A stretch of DNA of 64,000 bases from Octopus vulgaris (GCA_951406725.2 OX597819.1:79546001-79610000), one strand, 5' to 3'. Positions 42,927 to 57,148 are shown, numbered from the stretch's first letter. The notes: generated from the letters alone by a model not told the origin. A program made the numbers and translations.

Positions 42927-43380
42927 ACACACACATATATATAAACACGCAAATATACGGAAGGACTTGGTGCTTTTTTGTATTCTATGATCCGTCGTAA
43001 CGTTTCTATTTAGAAACGTATATTAATGTTTGTTGAATCAACCAGAGGCGATAAATTACAGAACTCAATACATTAAGTCGGTTATTATTTATGCAGATAT
43101 AAATAACAACTATACTTACTGAATGACTCCAAAATGCTAGTTCTAAGAGATACACGCTGCTGCTCTTTCATTTGACTATCTGCGCCTGTTGCCTTTTACC
43201 TCATCGGATGTTTGAAGTACTATATGAAAGAAGTCGGAAAACACATCCCATGTTTTTTTTTTTAAATGAAGCTTCAAGATCACGTTTATTTATCTCCTTC
43301 CTCGTTCTCTTGAGAATACCAAAATTGTCTAAAAAATCTACACGCTATTTTTTATCTATCATTGCTTTAAAATCCAAACA

Positions 43381-43743
43381 TCATACAAGAGACATCAACT
43401 CAAAGATGTGTTTTCCCCTTACAAAATTCCTCAGAAACATGAGGAACACCCTGCAGAAAGGCCCTTGTATTGACCATAATCTTCCTCCTAGTTCTTCAAG
43501 TATGTAAACAGGCATCGTACATCCATTGACAAAGTCAGCAAATGCAAGGCTGACAATGAAAATGTTCTTACATTTCCGAAGTTGCTTGTAGCGAATAAAC
43601 ATTATAGTGACCAGTCCGTTACCAATAAGTGTAATTAAAGTTAGAGTAATGACTGGTAATACTTTTAGATATTTCCAAAACTCCCCGCTATCTCCACCGA
43701 CAGGAGATGGTCCCATCAAAATATCTTTGGAAACATTTTCCAT
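43381..43743 (-). pseudogene. Rhodopsin-like (class A) GPCR, N-terminus to TM3, truncated or disrupted
   Basis: NVS sequon, TM1 ..LIGNGLV, ICL1 KQLRKCKNIFIVSLAFAD (TM2 LAxxD), MP, ECL1 W..GPFC (conserved Cys), then similarity breaks at a duplicated 29-mer. Confidence 0.85.
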
Positions 43744-45003
43744 GTTTTGTAAAATATGTAAGAAAGCTCAAAATAAAATATATGTAATTTAAAATAGAAT
43801 TGGAAAGTCAAAAATAGTGCAAAAATTAATTCACACATTCATGGGCACATGAAAACAAAAACAAGTCAAAACAGAGTGTTTAAACTGAAAACCTCCGCTT
43901 GATGACAGCGCACTTGGCTCGTCTCTGAGTTTTCTAATCATTCCAGGTAAAATCCAAAGAAGTACCGTCCTGTTTTAGAGTCAAAGACAAAATCATAACA
44001 AAAGGAAAGAAATCGAAGGTTGTCTGAGTTGTTCAAAATATTTCAACATATTTCGTTTAGTAATAGTTCTTTAGAATTCATTTCATGTAGTGACACTTCC
44101 AATATCTCGAATGGTAACACGAATAGTCGTCCTGTGTAAAGTTTTCAGACTTCAGAAAATATTAATTTCCACCGTTGAATAATCTTCCTCTTCGTTTTCT
44201 GTAAATAAAGATGTGTTTTCCCCTTACAAAATTCCGGTAGCATTTAAAGTTTATTTCAACACTAAGACTCACTTTGAAACACGCGCCTTTTAGCTGAATC
44301 AAGTGGGAAATAAAGAAGGCTGATACTCACGCAAAGATGCTTAGCTTCATGGATGCAAGGTGCTAATACTTCTGTTCATTTGTTCAAATTATTATTGAAA
44401 GAAAATCTCCATTTTTCGCTCAAAGGTCGCGCTGCAAGTCTACTGCAAGTTACGCTTCCTGTAGGGTTGTGCTTTATCTACCACCGACAAACTAATTTTG
44501 ATTTTGAGAAGACTTGTTCTTAGGTAAGAGCCACATAATTTTCGAAGAAGCTGTAGCAGACTTCTGTCAGAGCTGCTAAACGAAAACTTATTGCATTTAC
44601 TTTTCAGAGTCAGTTCAGTTACTCTAATATATATGTTTGGTCCTTTGCTTTTGTTTTTGATTTAGGTCTGTACACTATCAAGCCTGTAAAATGATAGCAA
44701 CCTAACGAGCAATTTTTCACAAATTCTAAAGCCAATGATTAGTGCTGGGTAGATGCTTGGCAATATGTTTAAATCAACCTTTTATCTTTATAATCTTTCA
44801 AAGAAAAACCAAGATTCTTACTACTGAATATCTAACCTGTGCAGTTGCTATGCAGTATTTTACAAATTTTATTATGCTTATTTCCCGAAATCTCTCCCCT
44901 TCCTTCCTTCCTTCCTTCCTTCCACCTCTCTTCCCCTCTTTTTCTCTATATTATACATACATACATAAAGTTAATCCAAACATGGCATACATACATACAT
45001 ACA

Positions 45004-45062
<59 letters not shown>

Positions 45063-45065
45063 TAA

Positions 45066-45292
45066 AGGTGCTGAGCTGGCGGAAACGTTAGCACACCGGG
45101 CGAAATGCGTAGTCGTATTTCGTCTGCCGTTACGTTCTGAGTTGAAATTCCACCGAGGTCGACTTTGCCTTTCATCCTTTCGGGATCGATAAATTAAGTA
45201 CCAGCTACGCACTGGGGTCAATGTAAACGACTTAATCCGTTTGTCTGTCCTTGTTTGTCCTCTCTGTGTTTAGCCCCTTGTAGGTAGTAAAG
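45066..45292 (+). mobile_element. SINE family B, full length
   Basis: gagctggcggaaacgttagcac..gaggtcgactttgcctttcatcctttcg..tagtaaaga; matches 21603-21835. Confidence 0.85.
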
Positions 45293-45323
<31 letters not shown>

Positions 45324-45703
45324 AATGTAAAAAAATACAAACTGGGACAAGAACGTGAAACATTTAGAAGACGATACAAAAAACACGGACGGGACATTCG
45401 AAGCCTTCAATCTTCAGTCAAGAACCGGATCATCTTCGCAATTTCGGCTGATTAATCTTGAGATTGCTCCGATCTGGCCAGCCCCAAAGGAAAATCTAAG
45501 CCAAGCGCATTAGATTTGGAAGAAAGCCTCGAATGTATACAAAACAAGGACGGAACACCGGACGATGTTACACAAATAAAAATACAAAAATACGTAAAAA
45601 CAATAATGATAACACGAATAAGAATACAAAAATATGTAAAAACAATAATGATAATAATAATAACAACAAAAACAGGACGTCACAGACAAGCGTCTTTTCG
45701 ACG

Positions 45704-45770
<67 letters not shown>

Positions 45771-45812
45771 GTGTGTGTGTGTGTGTGTGAAGATAAATAT
45801 ATATATATGTAT

Positions 45813-46692
45813 ATAACTTAGAATAACTTAGAAAAGTTTTGGCCGGTATTGGCCCAGGCCATGTCTGACTTAACACCATCACCTGGCGAAGTCTTTCAAT
45901 TCAGGATTTGGGCACCAAGGCCCATTCGAGCAGATAGTTATTGTTTGCGGTGACATATCCGGGTGTGGGTGGTTTGTCCGGGACTGTTTGAAGGAATTTG
46001 TCCAAAAACTTCTTGAATTTTGTGTGGTCAGTTTCTGTTTTGACGTGTCCTGGAGTAATGTTGAAGAGAGCGGGTCCAATTGAGGTGAAATAATTGTGCC
46101 GTATTGTCATTATGTGATGCGATTTAGATTTTTGTTGTGGACGGATGAAACGTGGTCCAAGCCTTGGATGTATTTTGAAGGTGATGCCAACATCATTCGG
46201 ACAGTGCTTATGGAATATTTTCCACATCATACAGATAATGTAGCGTTCACGGCGTCGTTGGAGTGAATACAGTTTCAGCTTCTCTAATCTACCTCAGTAG
46301 TCGAGGTCTGACATGCCATCTATCTTTCTTGTGATTGACCTTTGGGGAGCTTCAATTCTCATAATATTTTGTTTTGTGTAGGGAGACCACAGTGGACAGC
46401 AGTATTCAAGGTGGGGTCGGGCAAAAGTGGAGAAGAGAAGGATAATGGTGTGGGAATCTCTCGACTGGAGGGTTCTGAGAATCCAGGAACACATTCTGCG
46501 GGCCATGTCAACTTTGCTGCTTATATGTGTAGCCCAGCTTATGTTGTTGTTCACTGTTACTCCCAAGTCTCTGATGTTGTTAGACGCCATGAGAATTTCT
46601 CCAGAAGGAAGGGAGTATGGGAGTTTCAGAGCGTCCTCCCTTCCAAAGTGGATCAGTTCGAATTTGTCTTCGTTTAGCAGCATGTTGTTCCT
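45813..46692 (-). mobile_element. CR1-like LINE 3' end
   Basis: LNEDKFELIHFG..RDLGV..RPHLEYCCPLWSPY..LYSLQRRRERY..FKKFLDKFL; short tandem tail (ttctaagtta)2. Confidence 0.9.
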
Positions 46693-46792
46693 TTAGTGCA
46701 ATACAGTTGTTAGTACAGCTTCCAAGTAAAACAAAGCACCGTAATTTAAGATGAAATTTTCCATGTTCGTCTTCCGCAAATATTTTCGCCAG

Positions 46793-46890
<98 letters not shown>

Positions 46891-46959
46891 GTATATTATC
46901 CACTGCTATTTCCAGTAAATATTAGTACATTGTTGTACCATTATCCGATATTTAGATGA

Positions 46960-47006
<47 letters not shown>

Positions 47007-47199
47007 TGCAAAATTACAAGTCTTCTCACTTTACCTTTATTCAAAGAATAGAATGATTCAAACACAAATATATTTACCTAAAAATACAAACCACGACTGA
47101 AATAACACAAAGAAGGCAAGTAAACGCTATCCCATGGACAAGAAAGGAGTTTTAACGAAATTTAATGGCTACATACAAGCAATTCAATAATTGAAAGAG

Positions 47200-47760
47200 C
47201 CTTAATTATTTGGCAGTCTCACGACTAGGTATATTCACTGAATCGTGTCAGCCCTAACTTACCCGACAACCATTCTTAACACTTTCTGGAGGTACAGCAA
47301 GGAAGCGAATCCTCCTGCTTTCTTACTCATGTACCTTTCCAGCAGCAAACCTCTCCATCCAGGAATTTATCCCAGTCTCCAGCAACTTCATATAGCCGTT
47401 TGAATTGAATCTAAGATCATATTCAAAGATATGGGAGTGAATACTGACGTACGGAGGGCGTCAGAAGAACTGCTGTGTCCGTTTTTGATAGCCACGGCTT
47501 CGTAGTCACTGTTGTAGTTGTTCATATCACGTCTAACAATAGTTACGTTGTTTGCAGATCATTGAGCAGCAGTTATGCTGTTGGCATTTTGATACCCGGT
47601 ACGAATGATCATGATACAGATAACACTTTTCTAATATTCCGATACCTTTCAGCCATCCGTGTCAGCTGACTTCTCAACTACAAATTTAATGTTTATGCTC
47701 TCCAGCGCCATTAACTGTTCCCTAATAGTGCGAGATTTTCTCGAAATATAGGAAAACATA
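47200..47760 (-). mobile_element. Internally deleted maT/mariner relic
   Basis: PHIFEYDLRFNSNGYMKLLETGINSWMERFAAGK..QEDSLPCCTSRK..EWL preceded by an N-terminal remnant. Confidence 0.6.
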
Positions 47761-50620
47761 ACAAATCACCAGTTCATAATCGTCTCAAAACATAATCGTA
47801 GCAATTCATAATCGTCTCCAATATATTTCTTTTCCAAGTCACACTTCCTACCGCTTTTAATATATAATGGCATATTCAGTAGTATAATTCTAAATAATAA
47901 AAAATTACGCAATTATTCAGATTAAGTACCTTTGATCATAAGTCAACTGACCAGATATGGCCTAGGGCTAAGCGATAACAACATACAAAATATATTTTAG
48001 AGAAGTCAAATCCACCTAGTGTTAATTGATTCTTATTTCTACCTCTTTTTACCGACACGTAGCGGGATTTGAAATCAGAACATAAAGGGACTTAACTAAT
48101 CACTGCAAATCATTTTGGTTCGGTACTTGCTTTGCCTTTCCACGGTCCAGCATAATATAAGCAAATCACAGTGAATCTCATGTACAGGGGAAACCGAGTC
48201 ACCTTTCAAATTGCTCCAGATTTACTAATGGCTATTTCCATGAATCTTGCATAGTTTATAAATATGCATATGCTGGTGTCGATTTTAAAATGTCTGCTGT
48301 TGTCCAACAGAAAGAAAACGTTGGTCTTGGCCTAACCCAGAAAATCGTTATTCATAAAAGTGTGTTGTGATTGTATCATTTCATAAGTCAATATTACGAA
48401 ACCTGCTTGCATAAAAATAAACAAATTTTCGAAAGTTCCTTAAAAAGATTGTTTTTATGAATTGAGTTCGCAGTACTTAACTATGTCAATTTGTATTCTT
48501 GTTACAAAAAAAAAACAACAAAAAAAACCTATGGGGCCGGCCGACTGTCTTTTATCTTCTTGAAACCGACAAAATAAAGTGACGAGGAAATGTTGACGCT
48601 ATTTAATTGAATGTAAGAAAGTCTAAATGTTTTCTCTTGACGATTCTGTTATTTCTTTTTCTGTGAGATACAATATATCTAAATCTTTCTTATTCTTTGT
48701 TGTTTTAAAGTGTTTTCCCCTCTTTCTGGAGCAGTAAGGCTTTGTTTGAAAAAAGATTTGGCTGCTATTTCTAACAAGTCTCTTCTTATTGGGTTCACGT
48801 TTTGAGATTTGAAGAATTTGGTGTGTGTGGAGGCGTGATGGAATATGTCATTAAATGCTTGTATATCCTGAAAATGTAGCATTATTTCCGTAACGTCAAT
48901 GACAATGGATCGGAAGAAGACAGATGATAAATAGAAGAAAAATAAAATAAAATAAAATAAAATAAAATAAATAAAAATCTACAATATGGTTGCTCAGATT
49001 TCATGGAGTTTCTTGTTACTAGATGTGTGTTCATTAGCATTAATAACTCGTCTAATAGAGGTCTAGAACTTCCTCTTTGACCACTTCTCACTGTTACCTC
49101 AAAGCCAGAAAATGCCAACATTGATTAATAAATTCCGACATCCTGGATGTTTTTCAGGAATTGTGGCCAAGTTTTCTTACACGTGAGGATTGTGGAGTAT
49201 CGGTCCAATATTACAAACTGACATATAAACAAAACCCTCAAATATTTAATTCATTGTTTAATTAGGACGGGACGGTAACTTAGTTGGAAACGGCAAAGTG
49301 CGAAGCTTTACAATAAAACGTTCAACATCCTTCGTTTAAATTATTGTTGTAGAACATACAGTATTGAAAAGAGAAGAAATATCAGGACATCCCAAGATAT
49401 TTGAAAGACATTGAAGTGAAATGATCAATGATACTAAATAAGATTGTAAGGCACCTGTCGTATTACGCCTATTCCATTACGAGACAGCATATTGTTCGGT
49501 TATCCGTCGTAGGTCGATGCTGAATGTTCTTGTTCAGAAATTATCTCAGGCAGACTCGCATGTGGGTAACAAGCTTTGCTCTTGATCTGCAGCAGTGATG
49601 ACATCTGCTTATTGACGCAACGGAGAAGTGAAAAGTAACGTCTCACATATTTTGTATTCTGTCTTGTTTTCGACGTCTGGAATTACGAGATTCAGCCATT
49701 TATGTGACATTTATGGCGCCGAAGGGCCTTATCCTCCCAGGTATCTGGAGAGATGTTGGAGTTCTTCATCTGTCTCTACAGCACATCACTGTATATGATA
49801 CAGCATATACAGATTTCTTGTATAAACTTAGCCACCCACAAATCGCATCTTGGATGATTTTCCACACACACGCCGGCGGCACATTGTGTCTTTGGGCAAG
49901 ATAATTCATTTCATATTGTTCCAATCTTCTCAATTAGCAAAAATGAGAAGTACCTATATGTCAAAGGCTCAGCGTTGTCACATTTTGTGTCATGCTGAAT
50001 CTCCCTGAGGACTACGTTAAGTGGATACGTGTCTGTGAAGTGCTCAGCCACTTGCACGTTTATTTCACGAGGAGGCACGTCGTCATCGTAGCCGAACCCA
50101 AAACAAAGGTAGGTAAGGGGACAAGCAGGTGTATTATTTTGTTACTCGGAAAGAATAGAAAGGTCTGACGTTTCGAGACTACGATTTTCGAAAGAAAATG
50201 TTGAGAGGTAAAAATGGAGAGTGATAACACGGAGAGAAAAAATGTCGGGTTTGATGGTTTCTCGATGAAATAATAGGAAGAAGTAGGCCGATATACAAAA
50301 TACATATGTGCATACATACATACATACATACATACATACATACATACACACATATATATAACTGCGTGTCTATGAATGTGCATGTATGTATGAGCAAGTA
50401 TCTTTGTGGGCAATATGTGTCTTTATATATTTTCTCTATTTAATTCAATGTTATATATTTTAATTCGTTTTGTGCGTTACATCGTTTACATTTATCATTC
50501 AGTTTCGATTACAAAAAGTACCAGTGAAAGAATGGAGGCGATATAGCTAGTGATCCGTTCTTCAAATTTCATACCTATATATTCATGTAAGAAGTCATTA
50601 TTATTATTATTATTATTATA

Positions 50621-50652
<32 letters not shown>

Positions 50653-51424
50653 GGTCGATAAGATAAGTCGGAGTAGCTTGGGAAAATGCTTGCTAAATTT
50701 GAACCTAAATCGTAAAAGATCGTAATTAGCTAACCCAATGTATTTTGTCGTCGACCTACTGATCCATCTACACACATAAATATATAGATATATGTATGTA
50801 TATAGATATACATACATATATACGAATAAACATACGCACACACACATACAAACCCAGCACGATCTTAGGATTTGAGGGCGTGGTCACTCCATCTCTACTA
50901 TAAAGTAATTTTCCTCTATATTACACTAACTGAAGGTATTAACCTCTGTGGCCTTTATCGACGTGGTTTTGGCCTGTATTTGAACCACGATCATCAAAAC
51001 GAAGCGAAACAATTGACAGGTTTGAAAGAGTTGGATTGGGTAGGCGAAATAGCATTGCTAGTTTGGTATATAGTTTTACTTATAGATGACATGTCTAGAG
51101 CACAACAGGAAAGCCAAAACACCCAGCAATCAACAGTTCTGGCAATATATCAAAACCCGTTGGATGGCCTTTTTTTTAACAGTGGCAATCAATGTATCTG
51201 TTTTCTGTTTAAAGTTGTCGATTCTTGTTTAATCTTGTTTCGTATTTTATATTTTTTTTGTGTTGCAGCTGTCATTCAAATGGCGTATGCCTTTCTGATG
51301 TAATTTCCTTAAGTTCGTTCTCGTGTATATATGTGGTTCTCTGTGTGTGTATCTATGTGAGATTTCGGTGTTTGTCCATGGGTACATGTGAATGATTTAT
51401 GTTTGTAAATGTGTATGTTTTCAG

Positions 51425-51458
<34 letters not shown>

Positions 51459-51787
51459 ATGTATACATATGTATGATTTTGTGTCATTGTGCGTATGTAT
51501 GTACATTACGTCTGTTTATGTGCATCTGTTTATGCTTATGTATTTGCAAGTGTATAAATACTTGCTTATGTGCGGTTTTTCTTCAATTTAGCAATTTTTT
51601 GGCTATTGGTGAACTCATGTGTGTGCATGAATATGCGTTTGTACACATCAATAATATAAAACAACATATGCTTTTTTTTATAATATGTAGATAATTAAGT
51701 GTAATTATGTATGAGTGTGTCCAAATTAATATGAGAGTAATATTGAATGATTTTCCCTACTCACCTTTTTATACCGGGTTGTATATG

Positions 51788-51822
<35 letters not shown>

Positions 51823-52382
51823 GCGCATTTATATACGTATAGGTAAATATATATGTATGCATATTCATAATTGTGAGCGAGTGTTCGCATATGTTTGTTT
51901 TACATATTGGTGATTATATGAATACGTATGAGGATTTATGTTTGAAAGTGTTTGTTGTAAAACATTTAAAAATATCTTTCGGTTTATGAAATAAAATGTA
52001 TATTCATGTTATTATGTATCCATGTGCATTTGTACGAATGAGGTTTTTCTTTTTCTTCTTTTTCACAAATTATGTTTTCTGTTGCTTGAATGGTTATCGT
52101 GTCTGACAGCAAGAGTTAAACCGTTTAACATAGGTTTAGAAGAACTTCAGTGTCAATTTTTATAGCTTAGACATTCAACAAGATTTCTGTTGTTTAATTT
52201 TGACCAACGAAAATGAACGACCCACAGACGGGGCTACAAGAATACTTTGTGTACATCAATTGTGATACAAGAATCTGGACATGTTTTTCCAGCGTAATAC
52301 AAATCTTGACTTCAACCCATCAAAGTAGGATGCTATCGCAAAGTATATAGACCTACAAACAAGCCAAAAATAGCTGATGAGC

Positions 52383-52710
52383 AAGTGACTTCAACTATAG
52401 CCTCGCGCTGACCTGAGTGGGTTTGGTTGACGGAAACTGAAAGAAGCCCGTCGTATATATATATATATATATATTCATGTATATGCGCGTGTCTTTGTGT
52501 CTGTGTTTGTCCCCTACCACCACTTGAGGACCAGTGTTGGTGTGGAAACATCTCCGTAACTTAGCAGTTCGACCAAAGAAACCAAAAGAATAAGTTCCAG
52601 GCTTAAAAAAAGTAAGCCTGAGGTAAATTCATTCGACTAAATATTCTTCAAAGCGGTATCCTAACATGGTTACAGTCTACTGACTTAAGCAAGTAATAGA
52701 TAAAAGATAG
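52383..52710 (+). mobile_element. SINE family A, degenerate
   Basis: gacggaaactgaaagaagcccgtcgtatat..gtaacttagcagttcg..aagtaatagataaaaga. Confidence 0.75.
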
Positions 52711-53477
52711 AGACAACATTAGTATTTTCACATCCATTACTGTATATTGTTCCATAGGTCTAGGTAATCTCTGAATGATTATAAGCCTTCAAGCTATGCT
52801 TACTTCGTCTTTATTTCAGACAGCATACGTAAAATTGTGTCCGCTTATTTATAAGACGTTAGGATGATTTTAAAGAGAGATTCGACTGCTATTTGTAATA
52901 GGTCGATCAGAAACGCAAAGGCTCTATTGTCCGTTTGCATATAAAATTGCTGGATTTTTGTGTCAGCAGGGAATTTAGAGACTTATTCGGTTATAAGTAA
53001 ACATTTTAGTAGGTGAAAGCAATAAATATTTATCACATATTAATTATTAATATATTTGAAGCATATTTAACTTAGCTTGCTGAATAAGCTTCGGAGGCAA
53101 CGCATTGAAAGGCACACATACACGCACACACACACATTACACACGTCCACACACATGCATATTTATTTAAATAGACGCACGAATCACTAAGGATAGCCTC
53201 AAAGGAGAGCCTCAAATTGCAAGAAGTAGCAGCAAAATAACAATCCAAAATACACCCTATAGTTAAAAAAGAAAGCCCACGTAGTTTATGTAGTCCAACA
53301 CACTATAACTGTTAAAATAATAATAAAAAAACGAAGAGGTTGATAATACCCCAGCTTGATTAACTGGTTTATACCAATTAACGCTACAACGACGACTACG
53401 GCGGCAATTAGAACATAAAGAAAAACATCAATGACACTAAAAGTCAACATGTGAGATACGCCTGAGTCACAGGCCAT

Positions 53478-53524
53478 CCATCATTGATGAGACCAAAGGA
53501 GGTCGAAATCACGTGTTTTGGTGG
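53478..53524 (+). ncRNA. Type I hammerhead ribozyme-like motif, copy 1
   Basis: ccatca-TTGATGA-gacc aaagga ggtc-GAAA-tcacgtgt-TT-tggtgg. Confidence 0.65.
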
Positions 53525-53833
53525 CCTCGCTGCTGGAGATGGCGTAGATTTACATCCCTGCTAGCGATATAAAACAAGTATATATTTTGCACCAAAAGCC
53601 AGTATGAGAGATTCTCTTAATGTATCTACCGCAGTAAAGTTTATTCCAAAAGAACATCCACGTTTAAGGGGAGATAAATATTGCTACTCAGTATTAATAC
53701 TGCCCCTGTCGCTAATATATATATTTTTAACAAGGTCCCTGGCAAATCGCAGCTGCGGTGCCTGCTCGGATACTTATTTTCTATATATTATTGGCGGGCA
53801 GGTTAGTAACTGCTATCTCTAGAGTTCGAGTGT

Positions 53834-53879
53834 CCATCATTGACAAGACCAAAGAAGATCGAAATCAAGTGATCTGAGG
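53834..53879 (+). ncRNA. Type I hammerhead ribozyme-like motif, copy 2
   Basis: ccatca-TTGACAA-gacc aaagaa gatc-GAAA-tcaagtga-TC-tgagg. Confidence 0.6.
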
Positions 53880-55411
53880 TCTCAGCGCTGGAGATGGCAG
53901 AAATTTATCTCTCCGCTAGCGATAATAACAAGCCTGAACTATTCACCAAAAGCCAATATGAGTTTCTCTCATGGAATCTTCCGCAGTAAAGTTTGTTCAA
54001 ACAGAACATAAACGTTTAAGGTGATTAAGGAATGTTGATTTTGGCAGGAGTCTTTGAATGTTAAAACAAGCTTGCTAACTGGCATCCATAAGATTCACAC
54101 AATTTTGTCTAGCGCACGCACATATAGGACGTATGGATATATGACTGTATATATATGTACACACAGACACACACGCACACACACCCACACAGAATACTAT
54201 TTAATAAACACAATATATATTTTTATGAACTACTTATAGTTTCGTGTGATGAAAACATCTCAGAGAGCATTTTTAACACGCCCGGTGCCTTCGCACGATC
54301 CTCAGGCTGTGACTACATAGCGTACCAGGCGAAAACAGGACGACAGGATGAGAGAAAAAAAAACAAGAAGGGTGTAGATGTAAAAGAGGGAAGGTTGAAA
54401 AGCCGGAGAAAGAAAAAGAAAACAATAAAAAAACAGGGGGAAATTAGTTATGTATATATATATGTGTATGTGTGTGTATGTATTCATGTTTACGTGTGTC
54501 TATGTATGCATGTATGTACAAGAACATATATACGCCTTTATATATATATATATATATATATATCAACGGCGGTGCATCAGCATGGCCGCAGCTCTGAGCT
54601 GAAACTAAAAAAATAAAATTAAAATATATATATATGTATGTATTCATTTATACGTGTGTCTATATGTATGCATATATGTACATGAAGATATATGTGTAAA
54701 GTATATTTAAGATAGCTTGACATATAATTTATAAATTATAAAAGGCATTGTATATAATAGAATATCACAACATAGAATTTATGATTATATATGAATTATG
54801 AATGGTAATGCTAGCTGTTAATAAGTTTTTATGTGGAATAATGATGAAAATTAAGGAATCATTTGAACATATTCTAATACATCGGAAGCGATTATATGTG
54901 TGTTTAAAGATAACTTTGAAAGATAAGTAGATCAGTGGATTCTAATACAAACGTTGATGCTAGATAGATGGAAAGTTATGGATTAAGATAGAGGAAAAAT
55001 AACAGGGAGTAGTTGTGTACGAGGGTCTGAATATGGTTTAAACTATTAAAAAACTTGTTATACCTTGCGTCGTTAATAGGTTATACTCTCTGCTATCGTC
55101 GGATAGCAAGAATAATCTTTAGATTCTGTCATTTTCAGGCTTTTCTATTCCCAAAATATGTTTTGTTTCACAATCCATTGACCTCCCCCACATCACACAT
55201 ATACCAGAAGTAACTGGTATGTTTTAAATTCTGTTTTTTTAATTATATGCATTTTGTATGTTGGATTAGTCGTACTTTGAATTAGATCCAGTTGAAGTCA
55301 ATGTAAGTTACTAGAATTATTTGTATGTAGCACTGCAATACAATGTTTTTAAATAAGCAATTGATGGTTCCTGAATTTGAAATTGTTGGTGGATAGGCCA
55401 CTTTACACACA

Positions 55412-55483
<72 letters not shown>

Positions 55484-55563
55484 CATACATATATATATAT
55501 ATACATATATATATATACATATATATAATATATACATATATACATACATACACACATGTATAT

Positions 55564-55606
<43 letters not shown>

Positions 55607-57099
55607 GACTACTGTAGCCATGAACGATTAAGTCGAATAATACCTACTCTGTCGGCCCCTCTTACCGAAATGTGATGTTATGGGAGCGTAGAAAAACATA
55701 CGATATTTCTCAAGCATTGGTGGGGTCAAACAAAAACAAAAAGGCATACATACATATGCATACAAACATAGACGCATACACACACAATTAAATATTATAT
55801 GTGTGTGTGTGTGTGTACGTATGTGTGTACTCACGACTGGTTTCCATACAGTTTCCGCTTACAAAATTAACTCACGTGATAATGGTCTGCCTGCTGCTAT
55901 AGTTAAACACACTTGTCCATTGTACTTTTACTTGTATGATGATGATGACTTCTAAATGTATGTATATGGCGGTTGAATCTTATTTTAAATCACTTCTTGA
56001 TGGAGCCAATGTAAGCTGAGAAGAATTGTTCGTTTGCTTCATTCTTTTGTTTTTGTATTTATAACTGCACTTTCTAAGGAATTCATTACTCTTATTCCCT
56101 TGCTGCTGCCATCATTTCCGGACTCGTCTCTGCTGAATGTGACGGCCACAATTATATCGTCCACCATAACAGCATTGAGGCTACATCACTTAGAAAGCCA
56201 TATCCTCAAACACCACCTCTATCACCATGACTACCACAACTAGCACATTTCCCTCTATACTGCAGTCTTATGTATATTAGCACAGGCTCTATCATCCCTA
56301 ACACGGTTACCCACCTGTAGTAGCTATAGTACTACCACCACTACCCCTACAATCACGGCTACTAGTTTCAACATCACAAGAACACCTATGTCTTTTACCA
56401 TCATCACAATCACCGCCAACATCACCACCACCACAACCATTACCACTACCACAGCTTCATTTTCTTGTGCAGCCATATCTTGTTGCCTTTCCAAACTTAC
56501 CACTGGTACTAATAACATTTTCACAACCTTCACAGCTAACATGGACCAGAAATACCTCTATTTAGTCATTCCAGTTGTTAGAAATATCAGCAAAATTTCC
56601 CCATAAATCATACATCACCGCTTTTGAAAAGGAGCCCCTGGATTTTGTGATCGTGGGTGTATATACGCATAAAAATAACGCGTGATGATTGTGGCTGGAA
56701 CGCTTTTGATCGTACGTCTACTCGAAGATAGCAGATATCTATACCACATCTGTCAACACCACGCCCTACTACGACTGGGGCTAACACGCCCACCATCACC
56801 ACAGTCACCACCACCATCACCAAAACTGTCACTACCACCAACACCAGAACCGTCACCCACCACCTCTACCACCACTACCACAACTACCAAAACCGTCACC
56901 TCCACAACCATCACAACCGCCATAAACACCAACGTCGTCACAACCTCAGTCACAAAGATACATCATTATTTCTGTCACATTATCACACAAACCTTCTGTA
57001 CTACCGCTGCTCAATCCCCCCCTTCACATATATCATACTCATGAATTTTATGACATCCACCACCACAGCATGAACAAACCACAACAATAGCAACAACAA

Positions 57100-57111
57100 T
57101 TACTACTACTA

Positions 57112-57148
<37 letters not shown>

